A DNA stretch of 64,000 nt from Hypanus sabinus (lineage: Eukaryota). Made by a program: the position numbers and the translations under genes. The notes under the pieces were generated by a model. The model did no database searches and had not been told where the DNA came from. It saw only the letters and a program-made list of their open reading frames with translations. This document shows, in pieces, positions 25,394-38,393 of the stretch. Location of the stretch: the NCBI RefSeq assembly GCF_030144855.1, contig NC_082733.1, positions 12,462,001-12,526,000 of the forward strand. Direction: 5' to 3'. Each line of letters begins with the position of its first letter. Within the stretch, counting starts at the first letter, position 1.

Positions 25394-26889
25394 TCATGGT
25401 GCCCATTTGTTGACTGCACCATTGTGCTGTCTACCTGTTATTTTGTGCAATTAGCACATTACTTGCATATGCCATGGTCACAAAGGTGTAAATCCAGTGC
25501 TGGCATCTACTTGTCCCAGAGTCACCAGCAGTGGTTTCTTTTTGCGTTGTTCATTCTCGTCTCCTCCAAGGGTCCATCCTAGTTCTCGTCTGTACCCTGC
25601 CTCTTCAACATTATCATCCAAAAATTCAGTCTTAGTTCGTGATTGCTTCAGTTAGCTAGACACAGAATATAACAGCAGGGAGATTGCGGTGCAATGTTAT
25701 ATGCAGTTCAGGTTACCACAACATCAGAAGAATAGTTTGACTGGAGAGGATGCACAGGAGATTGACTGGGATAAAGTGTTCCAGTTAAGAGACATAATTG
25801 TGCTTGTTTTCTTTGAGCTGAGAAGGTCAAAAGCTGACCTGATTGAGCGACATGAACATGATGAATAGTAAGAAACTTTGCCTATAGCCTTGGTGTCTAA
25901 ACAGAGGGTATATGTTTAGAGGTATAGGAAAAGAGATTTAGAGAGCGTCTGAGGAAGGAACTTTTTTTTAACCTGGAGCTGGCTGGTATCTAGAATGAAC
26001 GCTCCATGTTTCATGATGGTAGAGACTCCCCCGGTACATGAATCACCAAGACAAAAGAGGCTGTAGACCAAATAGTGGTAGAATAGGATTGTAGTCGTGG
26101 GAAAAGCATGGTTGTTGTGGGGCTAAGGAAGGATCTGTTTCTGTTCCCTCCCTCTCTTTGGTCTGAGATGTAGTGGTGTTCGCAGGAACGAAACCGTCCC
26201 AACCATGTTGGGATCTGGTTAGAACGAACACAGCAGTTGGAAGGAGGTTGAAAGATGAGACGTGTTTGGGAACCCCAGGCACACCTGCAGGTTAGGACTG
26301 GGTTTGTTGTGCAGCTGGTTTACAATTCAGGCAGTGCTTTAGAGAGGTGACTGAGGCTGTTCCTAGTCATTTGTTGTCTCTTCGGGAGGTTATAGATCAT
26401 TGTTGCACTAACAACTTGAGCATAAAATCCATCAGGAATTATTGTGCTTGGTTGGGATCTTGCAGTGTTAGTTATTAAAGCATCTCAGAGCATCCTGTTC
26501 TTGTAAAATTGATATAGGCATCCTGTACTTGTGTCCCTAAATGTACATCTGTGCTTTGGAGAAAATCCATTGGTGGCTGATGTTCCTGCACTGAGATCAA
26601 AGATGAACTTTGTTGTGGAGGAGGGGGAATGGGAAGAATTCAGTATTTCTTGTTTCTCACTTGGTACACACCTGTGGAGGGATTTTATGCCATTACAGGT
26701 GCACATACATATCCTCCACCGTATAAATGATCCCTGTCCCTGTCCCTGCCCGGCACGGCGACTGTTCCAGGATCTCCCACGGGCCTTCCCATCTCCCAGA
26801 ATCAGCACAGATCGGCAGTAGGTGTGTTGAATCTGACTTGAAGGAACCGTTCCTCTTCCTTGGCAGTACAGAAAGACAGATGGGCGTGG

Positions 26890-27310
26890 CATGTTGATGC
26901 GTTATGTGGCTGTTCTATAAGATATTGGTGATGTTGCACTTGGGTCACTCTGCTCTTAAAGAAATTGTGGTTCCATTGGGAAGAGTACAGAAAAGATTTA
27001 TGAGGATGTTGCTATGACAGGAGGGCCTAAGTTATAGGGAGAGTTTGGTATTTGTTCCTTGGAGCTAATGAGAATAATGGGTGACCTCGTAGAAGTGTTT
27101 AAAATTATGATGGGGTTAGATAAAGTGGATGGACCATAAAGTCTTCAACAAAACAAGAAGGCAAAGGCTTGGGGTGAGAGGGAAAAGATTTAAAAGTGAC
27201 CTAAGAGGTAACTTTTTTTTACTCAGAGACTGTGAGCTACAAAAAGAAGTGACTGAGGCAGATGTAATAGTATTATTTCAGAAAAGCTTGGATAGGTTAC
27301 ACGAAGGGGC
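26890..27310 (+). mobile_element. CR1 LINE 3' fragment, decayed
   Basis: Decayed LYKILV..HL, RVQKRF.RML, GDLVEVFKIM, FKSDLRGNFF. Confidence 0.75.
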
Positions 27311-27509
27311 ATGATTTATGTCAGTGGCAGTAAACCTGAGAAGCAGGTTTACTCTACTTACGCTCTTGTGACTGCCCTGTCCTTCAGTAAGATCATGGCT
27401 GCGTAAAGGGGTATGCGTTTATAGAGCTATGGGATGAATACAGGGAATTGGGACTAACAAGGCGGGTACAATGGTCAGCATGGACTTGTTGGGGCAAAGG
27501 GCCTGTGTT

Positions 27510-27760
27510 TGTGCTGTAGTGCTGCTGCATCAAATTCCAAGCGCTTGGGCTCAATTCCAACCTCCAGTGCTGCCTGTGTAGGGTTTGCACTTTCTCCCTG
27601 TGACCATGCAAGGTTCCTTCGGGGGGGGGGGGGCCATGATTTCTGTTTCTTCCCACATCCCTAAGACGAATGGGTTGGCCACTGCAAGTTATCCTCAGGC
27701 TGTGGGTAGAATCCGGTGGGAATTGATGGGATTGTGGGTGGAATGAAAGGGTGTGGTTGT
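27510..27760 (+). mobile_element. V-SINE/HE1-like SINE
   Basis: Core gtgctgcctgtgtagggtttgcactttctccctgtgacc...ttcccacatccc. Similar copies at about 1-150(-), 14250-14570(-), 16320-16620(-), 35370-35650(+), 39060-39230(-), 56190-56530(+) and 61640-61910(-). Confidence 0.7.
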
Positions 27761-28230
27761 GAGTTGGTGGGGAGTCAGTAGATAAAGAGCCGGCTGCTGG
27801 GTGTGTGGCTTGACTTTCTGCCTTCACAAAGCACCCTTCGACAAGTACAGCATGCTGTTGTGTTTAATTGTGGGGTGTGTCCTGTTATAAAATTTCCCAC
27901 GTCAGGTTACTGAAAGCAAACCCTGAGCAACTCTAATAATCAGGTTGTGATCTTTACCCAGTGACGAATAAACCGGTGGAAGTCTAGTATCATATGCAAA
28001 TAAAAATGTTTAGTGTAGTTCCTTTACATTCCAGAGGTGCTGCATAATCAGTGCTAGTCACTGATGTCTCTGGAATGATGAAGGGTTTTGGTCAAAGACC
28101 CCTTTTTCAGAAGGGCTCAGATGCTACCTTACAAGTGGAACATTTCTGGTGTTGAACAACGAGCACAAGGTGCGGAGACCCTTTAACTAGTGAAAGCTCA
28201 GATGACTGAATTGAAAATTTAAATGTACAA

Positions 28231-28826
28231 TGTCCTGTGTATGTTACTCAAAATGGCTTCTTTGGTTTTTTATGAGCAGGAATGCTTCTTTGTTGGATAA
28301 GTGTTTCTCTCGCCGTTGTTTCGCTTTAGAATGGCTGATATAGTAATTGTATTCATTTGTTAATCAATGGGGAATGTTATTGTCTTGTGATGCTGGGAAC
28401 TTGGGAGAGGGGTTTTCGTGGGTTTTTGGTGTGAGGGAGAGGCCGAGGAAGGTGGACGTGTGCTGGACTGCTCGTAAGACCACCGGGGTGGTCCCAGGTG
28501 CGACGACGTGGCGGTCAGATGGGTCGATTGGTTCGTTGATTGAGCTCCAACAAGTGCACTAAACAGACTGAACTTGATAAGTTGGCGCCTTTTGTTTTTT
28601 TCCTTATATATATATATATATATTGCCTACTACTCTTTTAATTTTAGTAAACTCTTTAAAGTGTATTTCATAACGGTATTTGTTGTGGGTTTGATACTGT
28701 TGGTGGGCGCGAGACATAAACTCGATTCTCACAGCACCTGCGTGTACGAGAGGTGGGTTGGTGAGGGTGAGTTGCTGGAACTCCATTTCCCCTAGACATA
28801 TACCAGCCTTTTGGGTAAGTGTTACA
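28231..28826 (+). mobile_element. Probable solo LTR
   Basis: TGT...GTTACA ends, CpG-retaining interior, AGTAAA-type signal and a (TA)n run. No TSD seen, and the 5' boundary is uncertain. Confidence 0.5.
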
Positions 28827-29392
28827 TAACTAAAACTAAAGGTGCTGGAAATCTGAAACAAAATGGAAACTGCAGGAACAGACACAAGAGGTTCGACAGA
28901 TGCTGGAGTTCTTGAGCTACACACACACAATGCTGGAGGAACTCGGCAGAATCAGGAGGCGTCTATAGAAGAGAATAAACAGTCAATGTTTCAGATAGCA
29001 ATAAGAAGAGAAGATATAAGCATAAGCTAGCCATTAATATAAAAGAGGATGCTAAATTTTTTCTCATTCAGGTATTCCCCCCCTCTTTTTGGAAGTTCGC
29101 TTCACACCTCTTCACTTTTACTAAAGACCTACATTAGTACTGGTTTTCGCTAACCGAAAGAAATCCGAAGAGTTTTTTTGCTTTTACGAAAAAAGGCGAA
29201 AAGCAAAAATAGCGTTCAGTGTTTTGCAGTGAGCCGTTGTAGAGGCAGCGCGCGCCCCGAGCAGCGAGAGTGGCGCCACCAAGCTCCTTCCCCAGGAACT
29301 ACACTCAGCATCAAGCTGCCTTAGCTTCGAACTGTGTCTGCGAGCATCTGTGCTTTATCTCGATTTATTTTGTGCATCTATTAGCAAGATGT

Positions 29393-30031
29393 TGCAATTT
29401 GTTGGAGAGAGAGATAAAAGAATGGGAACAGTTACCGCTATTGTTTTTCCAACCTTCCTTTATGATTTCGATCCGTCGGTGTCTCGTTGTCGTGGCCGTT
29501 CAATTGTGACCTCTCCTTTAGCTAAACCATTCTTCCGTGATGAGCCCGCCACCCAGGCAAGGGAGGACACACACGAGCTCTCACCGGCTTTCGCTATAAA
29601 ACACTGTCACTGGATTTCTAGCGTCTCTCCTGGTGTGTCTGAGGGGTACTCCCCAGACCTGACTTTTATCCTCACTCACGGGGTCTCGGATGTCAGTCAG
29701 GTTGGGATGATGCAATCCCCCAACCAGACCACTCTGGTTGTCCCCTGAGGGGTTTCAATGAATAGAACAGTACTCAATACACAATTCCTTCTCCGAGCAA
29801 CAATAGCAGTAATTAGTGGTTCCGTTCTGCTTTTTGTTAGGAGACATTCCACTTTTTGCGTATTCCTGCGTCTCTCTCTCTCATTACCTACCTGATGTAT
29901 ATCTCTCTCATTTCCTGACATGCTGTGTATCTCTCTCATTTCCTGGGTCTCAGACCTGAAATAATAGCGATCTTGCGATTCTCAAAAAGGAGGGGGGGGG
30001 TGGGCATTGGCGATTCTGGACCCTTCTGTCC
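29393..30031 (-). mobile_element. Truncated LTR related to the 2622-3464 LTR
   Basis: Colinear similarity to about 2880-3440 (e.g. gatgtcagtcaggttgggatgatgcaa, gcgattctcaaaaaggagggg). Both termini are missing, and there is an internal tctctctcatt expansion. Confidence 0.85.
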
Positions 30032-30196
30032 ATCAGATTTGCTCCTCATTCGTAACAGATGACAGAATTGATGTTTTTGAGGCCAAGTTTTGGATAATAT
30101 AAGGATAGGTGGAGGGGCAGCTAGTATTGAGGAATCTGCAAACTGTTTTGGATAGATTAGGACAATGGCCAAGGAAGAGGCAGATGGAATACAATA

Positions 30197-31860
30197 GTAG
30201 TTCAGTGGTTCTATTTAATATCAGAGAAATGTATGCGATGTACGTCCTGATAGTCTTGTTCTTTACAGACATCCGCGAAAACAAGAGTGCCCCAAAGAAT
30301 GAATGACATTTGAAACGTCAGAACCCCAAAGACCCCCACTACCCCCCTCCTCCGCACAAACAGCAGCAAAGCAATGAGCATCCCCCTTCCCACCTCACCT
30401 TAGCAAAACATCAGCACCCATTACCCACCAAGCAAGCAATGGCAAAGCCCCCAAGAAAGCCCATGATCTGTAGTACAACAAAAAGTAATCACTCACCTGA
30501 CAATTTGACATACTGCAGGCTCTCTCCCTAGTAAAGGGGCAGAGAGGTGTTCCCTTTCACAATGAGAGGGGTGACACAACAAAACTAACTGATTTGCAAC
30601 GATAAAGTATGTCGAGTCACTTTTCTCCCCCCAAGTTTTTCGACTCAAATGAGCAACAAACTCTCTCCCACCAACAAGAGAAAGAGAGAGAGTGAGATTT
30701 GCCAAGTCCAGAGCCTCTGAGAGCTGGTCTGCTGCTCCCAGGGTTCTGTTGTCTCCTGCGACACGTGAGTTGGTGGCACTGGCGTAGAGTCGGCCCATCC
30801 ACGGGGCTGCAAAGCCTCAGAACCCCAAAGGCACGCTAATCTTCTAGGCCGTGTCTTTGGGAATTCAGAAAGCAACCAGTTGTGAGCAGGTCTCACCACC
30901 ACAAAGAACTGATGTTTGAGTGTAGCTCCAGATCAGGGTCTACGACAGAAGCCCATCCACCCTGAAAGGAAAAAGAAAGACATCAAAGGTAGAGATTAAG
31001 CCAGGCATGGGCAAACTACGGCCCGCGGGCCATATGCGGCCCGTTAAGCTTTTGAATCCGGCCCGCAGAACTTGATGAAATTATATTAATAAACCTTGTT
31101 AACGTTTTTTCCCCGCAATTCTGGCGTTTTCCCAATAGATGACGCACTCTATATACATTGACCTTTGTTGAGGTGCAGCGTATTACTCCACATTTGCGCT
31201 TTACTTTGTGACCTTGTGGCGACCCATTTCCTGGCACATCCGAACCGGCTCACAATTAGCCAGCGTTCCGGCTAAGAGAGATAGCCTGCGGGGATTTGCG
31301 AGCACAGAGCTCCACATACCGGCGCTCTCTCCCTGCTCTGTCATTGTGCGGGTCGTTGTTGAGTTTTGGCACAGGGGACAATTGAATAAGAAGGAGCAGG
31401 ACAAGTAGACCTGCATCTCCTACCGTTTTTGAAATAAAGACAGTCAGGAAGAGAGTGATGATGATAATATCTTGAAGGATATTTCAGTGCTTTAAAATAA
31501 TAACTGTTACTATTAAAAAAAGCTGTATTTTATTCATTTAATTTTCAGTGTTTTAAAAGTCATTTCAATAAATAGCTAAATACTATGGGACTTCAAAGAC
31601 AGATATTTTGTTGTAATGCATTTGTTCATTTTCAATTGAAATTAAAGCACATGTTTTCTACATATCCCATGATATTTTATTTTCTCTTATGAGGTGTATT
31701 ACCAAAACACTCCGTCCATCTGCTCCTGGTCTGGCCCCCCTGTCAAATTTTAGAACCCTTTGTGGCCCACAAGTCAAAAAGTTTGCCCACCCCTGGATTA
31801 AACTGTTCCCACATATGAGCTGGAAGGAGTCGCTGTTAAGTGCTGTTGTAGCTCTGCTGT
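30197..31860 (-). mobile_element. Unclassified non-autonomous element inserted in a CR1 and hosting hAT copy 1
   Basis: The CR1 sequence cagatggaataca... stops at ~30195 and resumes with cagtgtaggcaagtgtatggtcgtgcactttgg at ~31863. The insert has a LINE-like 3' tail on the minus strand. Confidence 0.55.
31002..31795 (+). mobile_element. hAT-Charlie non-autonomous element, copy 1
   Basis: TIRs CAGGCATGGGCAAAC / GTTTGCCCACCCCTG; 8-bp TSD GATTAAGC / GATTAAAC (one mismatch). Confidence 0.93.
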
Positions 31861-31904
31861 TCAGTGTAGGCAAGTGTATGGTCGTGCACTTTGGTAGAGG
31901 AAAC

Positions 31905-34545
31905 ATGCTCTCCTCAACCACCTTATCTAGTCTTTTCCACATTGTGTAGGTCTCAATGAAATCCTCACACACTCTTCTAAATTCCAGTGAGTACGGGCTC
32001 AAAGCTGCCAAATGCTCCTCATATGTTAACCCCTTCATTCCCCGAGTCTTCCTCCTGAACCACCTCTGGGCTCTTTCCAATGACAATACTGTACATCCTT
32101 TTTGAGATAAGGGGCACAAAACTGATGACAGTACTTCAAGTGCAGCCTGACTAGTGTCATATAAAGCTCCAGCATTATTTCCTTGTTTTTATTTTGTACT
32201 CCCCTTAAAATAAATGCCAAAATTTAATTTGCCGTCTTTACCACAGACTCAACCTGTGACTTAAACTCCTGGAAGTCTTGCATGAGAGCACCTAAGTCCC
32301 TCTGCACCTCTGATGTTTGAATTTTCTCCCAATTAGATAGTAGTCTGCACTATTGTTGCTTTTATCAAAATGCAATATCATACATTTCCCAGCACTGTAT
32401 TCCATCGGCCACTTTTTTGTCCATTCTTCCAACTTGTCTAAGTCCTGCTGCAATCGCATTGCTTGCTCAGCCCTACCTACCCTTCCACCTACCTTTTTAT
32501 CACCTGCAAACTTTGCCACAATGTTGTCAATTCCACTATCTAAATCATTGACAAACAATGTGAAAAGCAGTGGTCCCAATACTGACCCCTGAGGAACACC
32601 ACTAGTCACTGGCAGCCAACCAGAAAAGGCTCCCTGTATTTCCACTCACTGCTTCCTGCCTGTCAGCCATTCCTCTATCCATGCCAGTATATTTTCTGTA
32701 ACACCGCAGGATTTTATCTTCTTCACCAGTTGCTCATGTGGGTTACCTCATCAAATCCCTTCTGAAAATCTAAGTAAATGACATCCTCTCATTTGTCCAT
32801 CCTGCTTGTTATTTTCTTGAAGAATTCTAACAGATTTGTCAGGCAAGATCTCCCTTTACAGATACCATGTGGAGTTTGACTTATTTTATCATTAGTCTCC
32901 AAGTACCCTGAAACCTCATCCTTAATAATGAACTCCAACACTTTCCCAACCACTGAAGTTAGGCTATCTAGCTTCTAATTTCCTCTCTTTTGTTTTCCAC
33001 CCTTAAAGAGTGGAGTGACATTTGCGATCTTCCAGTCTTCCGTGACCATGCCAGAATCAAGTGATTCTTGAAAAATCATGACCAATGCATCCGTTGTTTC
33101 TTCAGCAACCTCTCTCAGGCTTCTGGAACATAGTCCATCTGGTCCAAGTCACTTAACCACCTTAAGATCTTTGAGTTTGCCTAGCAATTTTTCCTTTATA
33201 ATAGCAATGGCTCTCACTCCTGCCCCCTGATGTTCAGGGACCTCTGCCATACAGTAAAGACTGAAGCAAACTACTCATTAAGTTCATCTACCATTTATTT
33301 GTCCCCCAATACTACCTCACCAGCATCATTTTCCAGTGGTCTAATATCAACTCTCACCTCCCTTTTTATATAACTGAAAAAGCTTATGGTATCCTGCTTT
33401 ATATTATTGCTAGTTTGCCTTCATATTTAATCTTTTCCCTTTTTATAGCTTTTTTAGTTGCCTTTTGTTGGATTTTAAAAACTTCCCAATCATCCAATTT
33501 CCCATTCATTTTTGCTACCTTATATGGCTTTATGCTGTCCTTAACTTTCCTTGTCAGCCACAGTTGCCTCGCCCTGGCATTTGAGAACAACTACTTCTGT
33601 GGAACTAGTCCCAAAATTTCTCTGCTGTCATCCCGCCAGTATCCTCCTCCAGTCCACCTGGGCAAGCTCCTCTCTCGTGCCCCTGTAATTCCCTTTATTC
33701 CATTGCGATACTGATACTGGAATCTTGTGCTTCTCCCTCTCAATTTGCAGTATGAATTCAATCATGTTCTGATCACTGCCTCCGAAGGGTTCCTTTATAT
33801 TAAGCTGACTAATAAAATCTGGGTTATTACTCAACACCCAATCTAAGATAACCTTTTCCCAAGTAGGCTTGAGCACAAGCTGCTCTAAAAAGCTATCTCA
33901 TAGGCATTTAACAAATTTCCTCTCTTGTGATCAGGCACCAACCAGATTTTCCCAATCCCCTTGCATATTGAAGTACCCCATTACAATTGTGATATTACCC
34001 TTATTACACGCCTTTTCCAGTCCCCTTTGCAATTTCAGCCACGCATATTGGCTACTATGTGGAGGCCTAAACATGATTCCCATAATGATTTTTTTACCCT
34101 TGCTGTTTCTTAACTCCACTAACAAAGATTTGACATTCTGTGACCCAATGTCACTTTTTTCTAAAGATGTAATTCCATCTCTTACCAACAGAACCATACC
34201 ACCGCCTACGCCTTCCTGCCTGTCCTTTTGATACAAAGTACATCCTGACCTTCTTGCGGCCACGACTCAGTGATACCCACAACGTCATACCGACCAATCT
34301 CTAATTATACCACGAGTTCATCCACCCTATTCTGAATGCTACATGCATTTAAATACAGCACCTTCAGTCCTGCGTTCTTTGCCCTTGTGAATTTTGCCTT
34401 TGTGGTACAAATTTGTTCTGCATTTGTACCCAATCCTTGTCCTTCCTTGCATTCATATTTCATATTATGTTATCTACTTGTAAACCTGCTGGCTGATCCT
34501 CAGCTCGATCATACTGATTCCCATCCCCCTGCCATATTAGTTTAA
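31905..34545 (-). mobile_element. CR1 LINE, decayed ORF2 (APE + RT)
   Basis: DRQEGVGGG..LLVR and GYFN (APE); SGVPQGSVLGPLLF and KFAGD (RT); LVRLHLKYCHQF. Many stops and frameshifts. Confidence 0.9.
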
Positions 34546-34629
34546 ACCACTCCTTGACCTGATTTCCTCCAGCATTCTGTTTGTGTTGCTCTGGATTTCC
34601 AGCAACTGTAGATTCTCTTGTGTTTATAG

Positions 34630-35230
34630 TAAGGAAGGCAAATGTAATATTATCAGAGGACTAGAATATAAAAACAAGGATATAATCTTGAGACTTTTAT
34701 AAGGCATTGGTCAGACTGCATTTGGAGTATTGTGAGCAGCTTTGGTCCCGTATCTAAGAAAAGATGTGCTGCCATTGGAGAAGGTACAGAGGTTTATGAG
34801 AATTATCCCAGAAATGAAAGGGTTAGAATTGCGTTTGATGGTTGTGGGACTCTACTCACTGGATGCTCAGAAGAATGAAGGGGGATCTCGTTCAAATCTA
34901 CTGAATATTGACTAGACGTGGGGAGGATGTTTCCAATGGTGGGAGAATCTAGAACAAGAGAGCCCAGACTCAGAATAGAAGGGTGCCCATTTAGAAGGGA
35001 GATGAAGAATTTCTTGAGCCAGAGGGTGGTGAATCTATGGAATTCATTGCTGCAGGTGACTGTCAAGACTAAGTTTTTGGGTATATTTAAAGCAGATTAC
35101 TTGATGTGTACTTGATTAGTAAGAGTGTCAAAGGTGACGGGTAGATGGTAGGAGAATGGGGTTGAGAGGGAAAAGAATGGCAGAGAAGCTCACACCAAGT
35201 GGCCTATAATTCTACTTCTCTGTCTCATGG
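34630..35230 (+). mobile_element. CR1 LINE 3' fragment
   Basis: Decayed LVRLHLEYCEQ and FRREMKNFLSQRVVNLWNSL. Confidence 0.85.
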
Positions 35231-35699
35231 TCTTCACACTAAATAAAAGAACCTGGGGGTTGTTGATTGGAATGTGGGCTAGTAGAATGGGATTAGTGTA
35301 AATTGGTGCTTGTTGGTGTGGTCCAAAAGGCCTATTTCCAAGCTGTATGACTGAGTTCAGCACTTCATTGGCAGCCTGGGAACGTCACAGCTAGCATAAT
35401 GCTTTACAGTGCCAGTCTTGCTGCTCTTTGTTTGTACCTTCTCCCGGTGGCCGCACGGGTTTCCTCCCAGTGCTGTGGTTTCTTGTCACGTTCCAAAGTC
35501 GCATGGGTTCGTAAGGGGTTGGTAAGCTGGGTGCATGCTAGGCTGGTGACACTGTGTACCCCCGGCACATCCTCAGACTGTGTAGGACATTGATCCAAAA
35601 AACACATTTCACTATGTTTCAATGTACATATTACAAATAAAGCTGATTTTCTATCTTTGACATAACCAGATATTCAGATTTTTTTAATAGCACATAACA

Positions 35700-37334
35700 A
35701 GCCCTTCGGCCCACAATGTTGTGCTGAACCAATTAAACTAGTAATCAAATGGCCAACTAAACTAATCCCTAATATTTACACAAAGTCCATATCCTTCCAT
35801 TTTCATCACATTTGTGTGCTAATCTGAATATCCCATAAAAGTCTGTGATGTATCTGCCTTGACCACCGCCCCAGGCAGCACGTTCTAGGCATCCACCACT
35901 CTCTGTTTATAAAAAAACAAGCTAACAAACTTGCCCCTCATATTTCCTTTGAAATTACCCCTCTCACCTCAGTGCATGCCCTCTGGTATTGGACATTTCA
36001 ATCCTGGGAAGAGGTACTGTCTGTCTATCCCTCTCATAATATAAACTTCTGTCAGATCTCTGCTCAGCCTCTGCCGTCTCTGAGAATACAACCCAAGTCT
36101 GTCAACCTCTCTTTATTGCACATGACCTGTAGTCCAGGCAGCATCCTGGTAAGCCTTATCTGCACCCCCTCTAAAACCTTGTCATCCTTCCTATAATGGG
36201 CAACTAGAACTACGTGTAATGCTCTAGTTGCGGCCTAACTAGAGTTTTGTAAAGCTGCAACATAAATTCTTTTTAACTAAATGCCTCAACTAATAAATGC
36301 CATATGCATTCTTAACCACCCTATCAACCTGTGTATCCAATTTCAGGGAGCTATGAACTTGGAACCCCAAGATCCCTTTGCTCATCAAAGGGTCTTGCCT
36401 TTTAACAGTGTACTGTCTCCTTACATTTGACCTACCAAGGTGCAACGCTTGACATTTATCTGGATTAAACTCCATCTGTCATTTCGACTCTATCCATAAC
36501 CCAACAATCTTTGTATGGTATGCAAACTTACTAATTCACCCATCTACATTTTCATCCAGATTATTTATATGCATAGCAAACAGCAGAGGTCCTGGTATGG
36601 ATCCCTGTGAAACACCACTAATAATAGACCTCCAGCTAGAATAAGTCTCTTCGATCACCACCCTCTATCTCTTATGGGAAAGCTAGTTGTGTATCAAAAT
36701 GGCGAATTCACCATGGATCCCATAAATCCATCGTCTGGATGAGGGACCTTGTCAAATGCCACATAGACAACATCCACAGCTCTACCTTCATCAATCACCC
36801 TCATTCCTTGTCAAAAAACTCAATCAAGTTAGTAAGATGCCACTCTCCCTGGCCAAAGCCTTGCTGGCTCTCCCTAATTAAGCCATGGTTTTCTAAATGC
36901 TCATAAATACCATCCCAAAGAATACCCTCCAGTAACTTCCTTACCACTGATATGAGACTCACCGGTCTATAGTTTCCAGGGTTATTCTTGGTTCATTTCT
37001 TGAATAATGGGACAAGATTAGCTTCTGGCCAGTCCAATGGGACCTTGTCTGTGGCTGGAGAGGACATGAAGATATTGGTCAGTTCTCTAGCCGTCTCTTC
37101 TCTTTCTCTTAATAACCTGGGGTAAATCCCATCAGGCTCTGGGGACTTACCAACTTCCATGCTCTTTAAGTGGCCCAATACTGCCTCCATCTTTAATTAG
37201 AAATGCCCTAGCATCTTAATAAGCTCAAGGCTGATCTCCCTATCCTCTATGTCCTAGATGAATACTGATGGAAAGTACTTACTAAAGACCTCACCTACAT
37301 CCTCCACATCCAAGCAAATGTTCTCCCCTTTATC
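35700..37334 (-). mobile_element. CR1 LINE fragment running into the gap
   Basis: KSPEPDGIYPRLLRE, ANLVPLFKK, EFNPDKCQALHLGRSN. Confidence 0.85.
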
Positions 37335-37550
37335 NNNNNNNNNNNNNNNNNNNNNNNNNNNNNNNNNNNNNNNNNNNNNNNNNNNNNNNNNNNNNNNNNN
37401 NNNNNNNNNNNNNNNNNNNNNNNNNNNNNNNNNNNNNNNNNNNNNNNNNNNNNNNNNNNNNNNNNNNNNNNNNNNNNNNNNNNNNNNNNNNNNNNNNNNN
37501 NNNNNNNNNNNNNNNNNNNNNNNNNNNNNNNNNNNNNNNNNNNNNNNNNN
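37335..37550. other. Assembly gap (216 N)
   Basis: Run of N, followed by a C-homopolymer-rich tract. Confidence 1.
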
Positions 37551-37921
37551 CCCCTCTCCCCCCTTTCCCCCTCCCCCCCCTCCCCCCTCTCTGCCCCCCC
37601 AGAGAGAAATGCATAATTTCCCGTTGTCTGCGTTGAATTTTGTCTGCCGTTCCATTGTCTCCTTTCCCAATTTACTTAATTATCTATCGAGATACAGAGA
37701 GGAATAGGCCCTTCCTGCTCTTTGTACCACACTGCCCACCAACTCCCGATTTTAACCCTAGCCCAGGCATGGGCAAACTACGGCCCGCGGGCCATATGCG
37801 GCCCGTTAAGCTTTTTAATCCGGCCCGCAGAACTTGATGAAATTATATTAATAAACCTTGTCAACGTTTTTTCCCCGCAATTCTGGCGTTTTCCCAATAG
37901 ATGACGCACTCTATATACATT

Positions 37922-38158
37922 TGTGGCGACCCATTTCCTGGCACATCCGAACCGGCTCACAATTAGCCAGCGTTCCGGCTAAGGGAGATAGCCTGCGGGG
38001 ATTTGCGAGCACAGAGCTTTGGAGCCTCTGTGCATGGGGGGCAGGTTGAAGGAGGCTTAAAAGTGATGCTGGGGATTTCGAATAAAGTTTTTTTTTCTTT
38101 GACTGCAGTTACCGACTCCGTGTCGTAATTTTAGCGCTGCATGTAGCACACCGCTACA
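37922..38158 (+). mobile_element. Solo LTR (237 bp) within hAT copy 2
   Basis: TGTGGCG...CGCTACA inverted termini, AATAAA, and a 4-bp TSD CATT (37918-37921, 38159-38162). Copy 1 has the empty site (single CATT). Confidence 0.9.
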
Positions 38159-38210
38159 CATTGACCTTTGTTGAGGTGCAGCGTATTACTCCACATTTGC
38201 GCTTTACTCT

Positions 38211-38393
38211 TTGTTCGGCTCGACCTATTTGTGTGAACAGGCGTTCAGCGTCATGAACATCAACAAAGCCAGCCACAGATCCAAGTTAACTGACCAACAC
38301 CTCAGATCCATCCTGAGAATCGCCACAACAAAACTAAATCCAGACTTTGATGCGCTGGCTAAAAAGGGAGACCAACAACACTGTTCCCACTGA
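38211..38393 (+). pseudogene. hAT (Charlie/Buster, GTF2IRD2-like) transposase C-terminal dimerisation fragment
   Basis: FGSTYLCEQAFSVMNINK..HRSKLTDQHLRSILRIATT...QQHCSH*. Confidence 0.9.

Noticed and set aside
26485-26892. 135-aa and 96-aa ORFs
   Set aside because: No homology recognised; low-complexity PCPCPC arises from a short simple repeat.
37254-37707. ORFs spanning the N run
   Set aside because: Artefacts of translating through an assembly gap.
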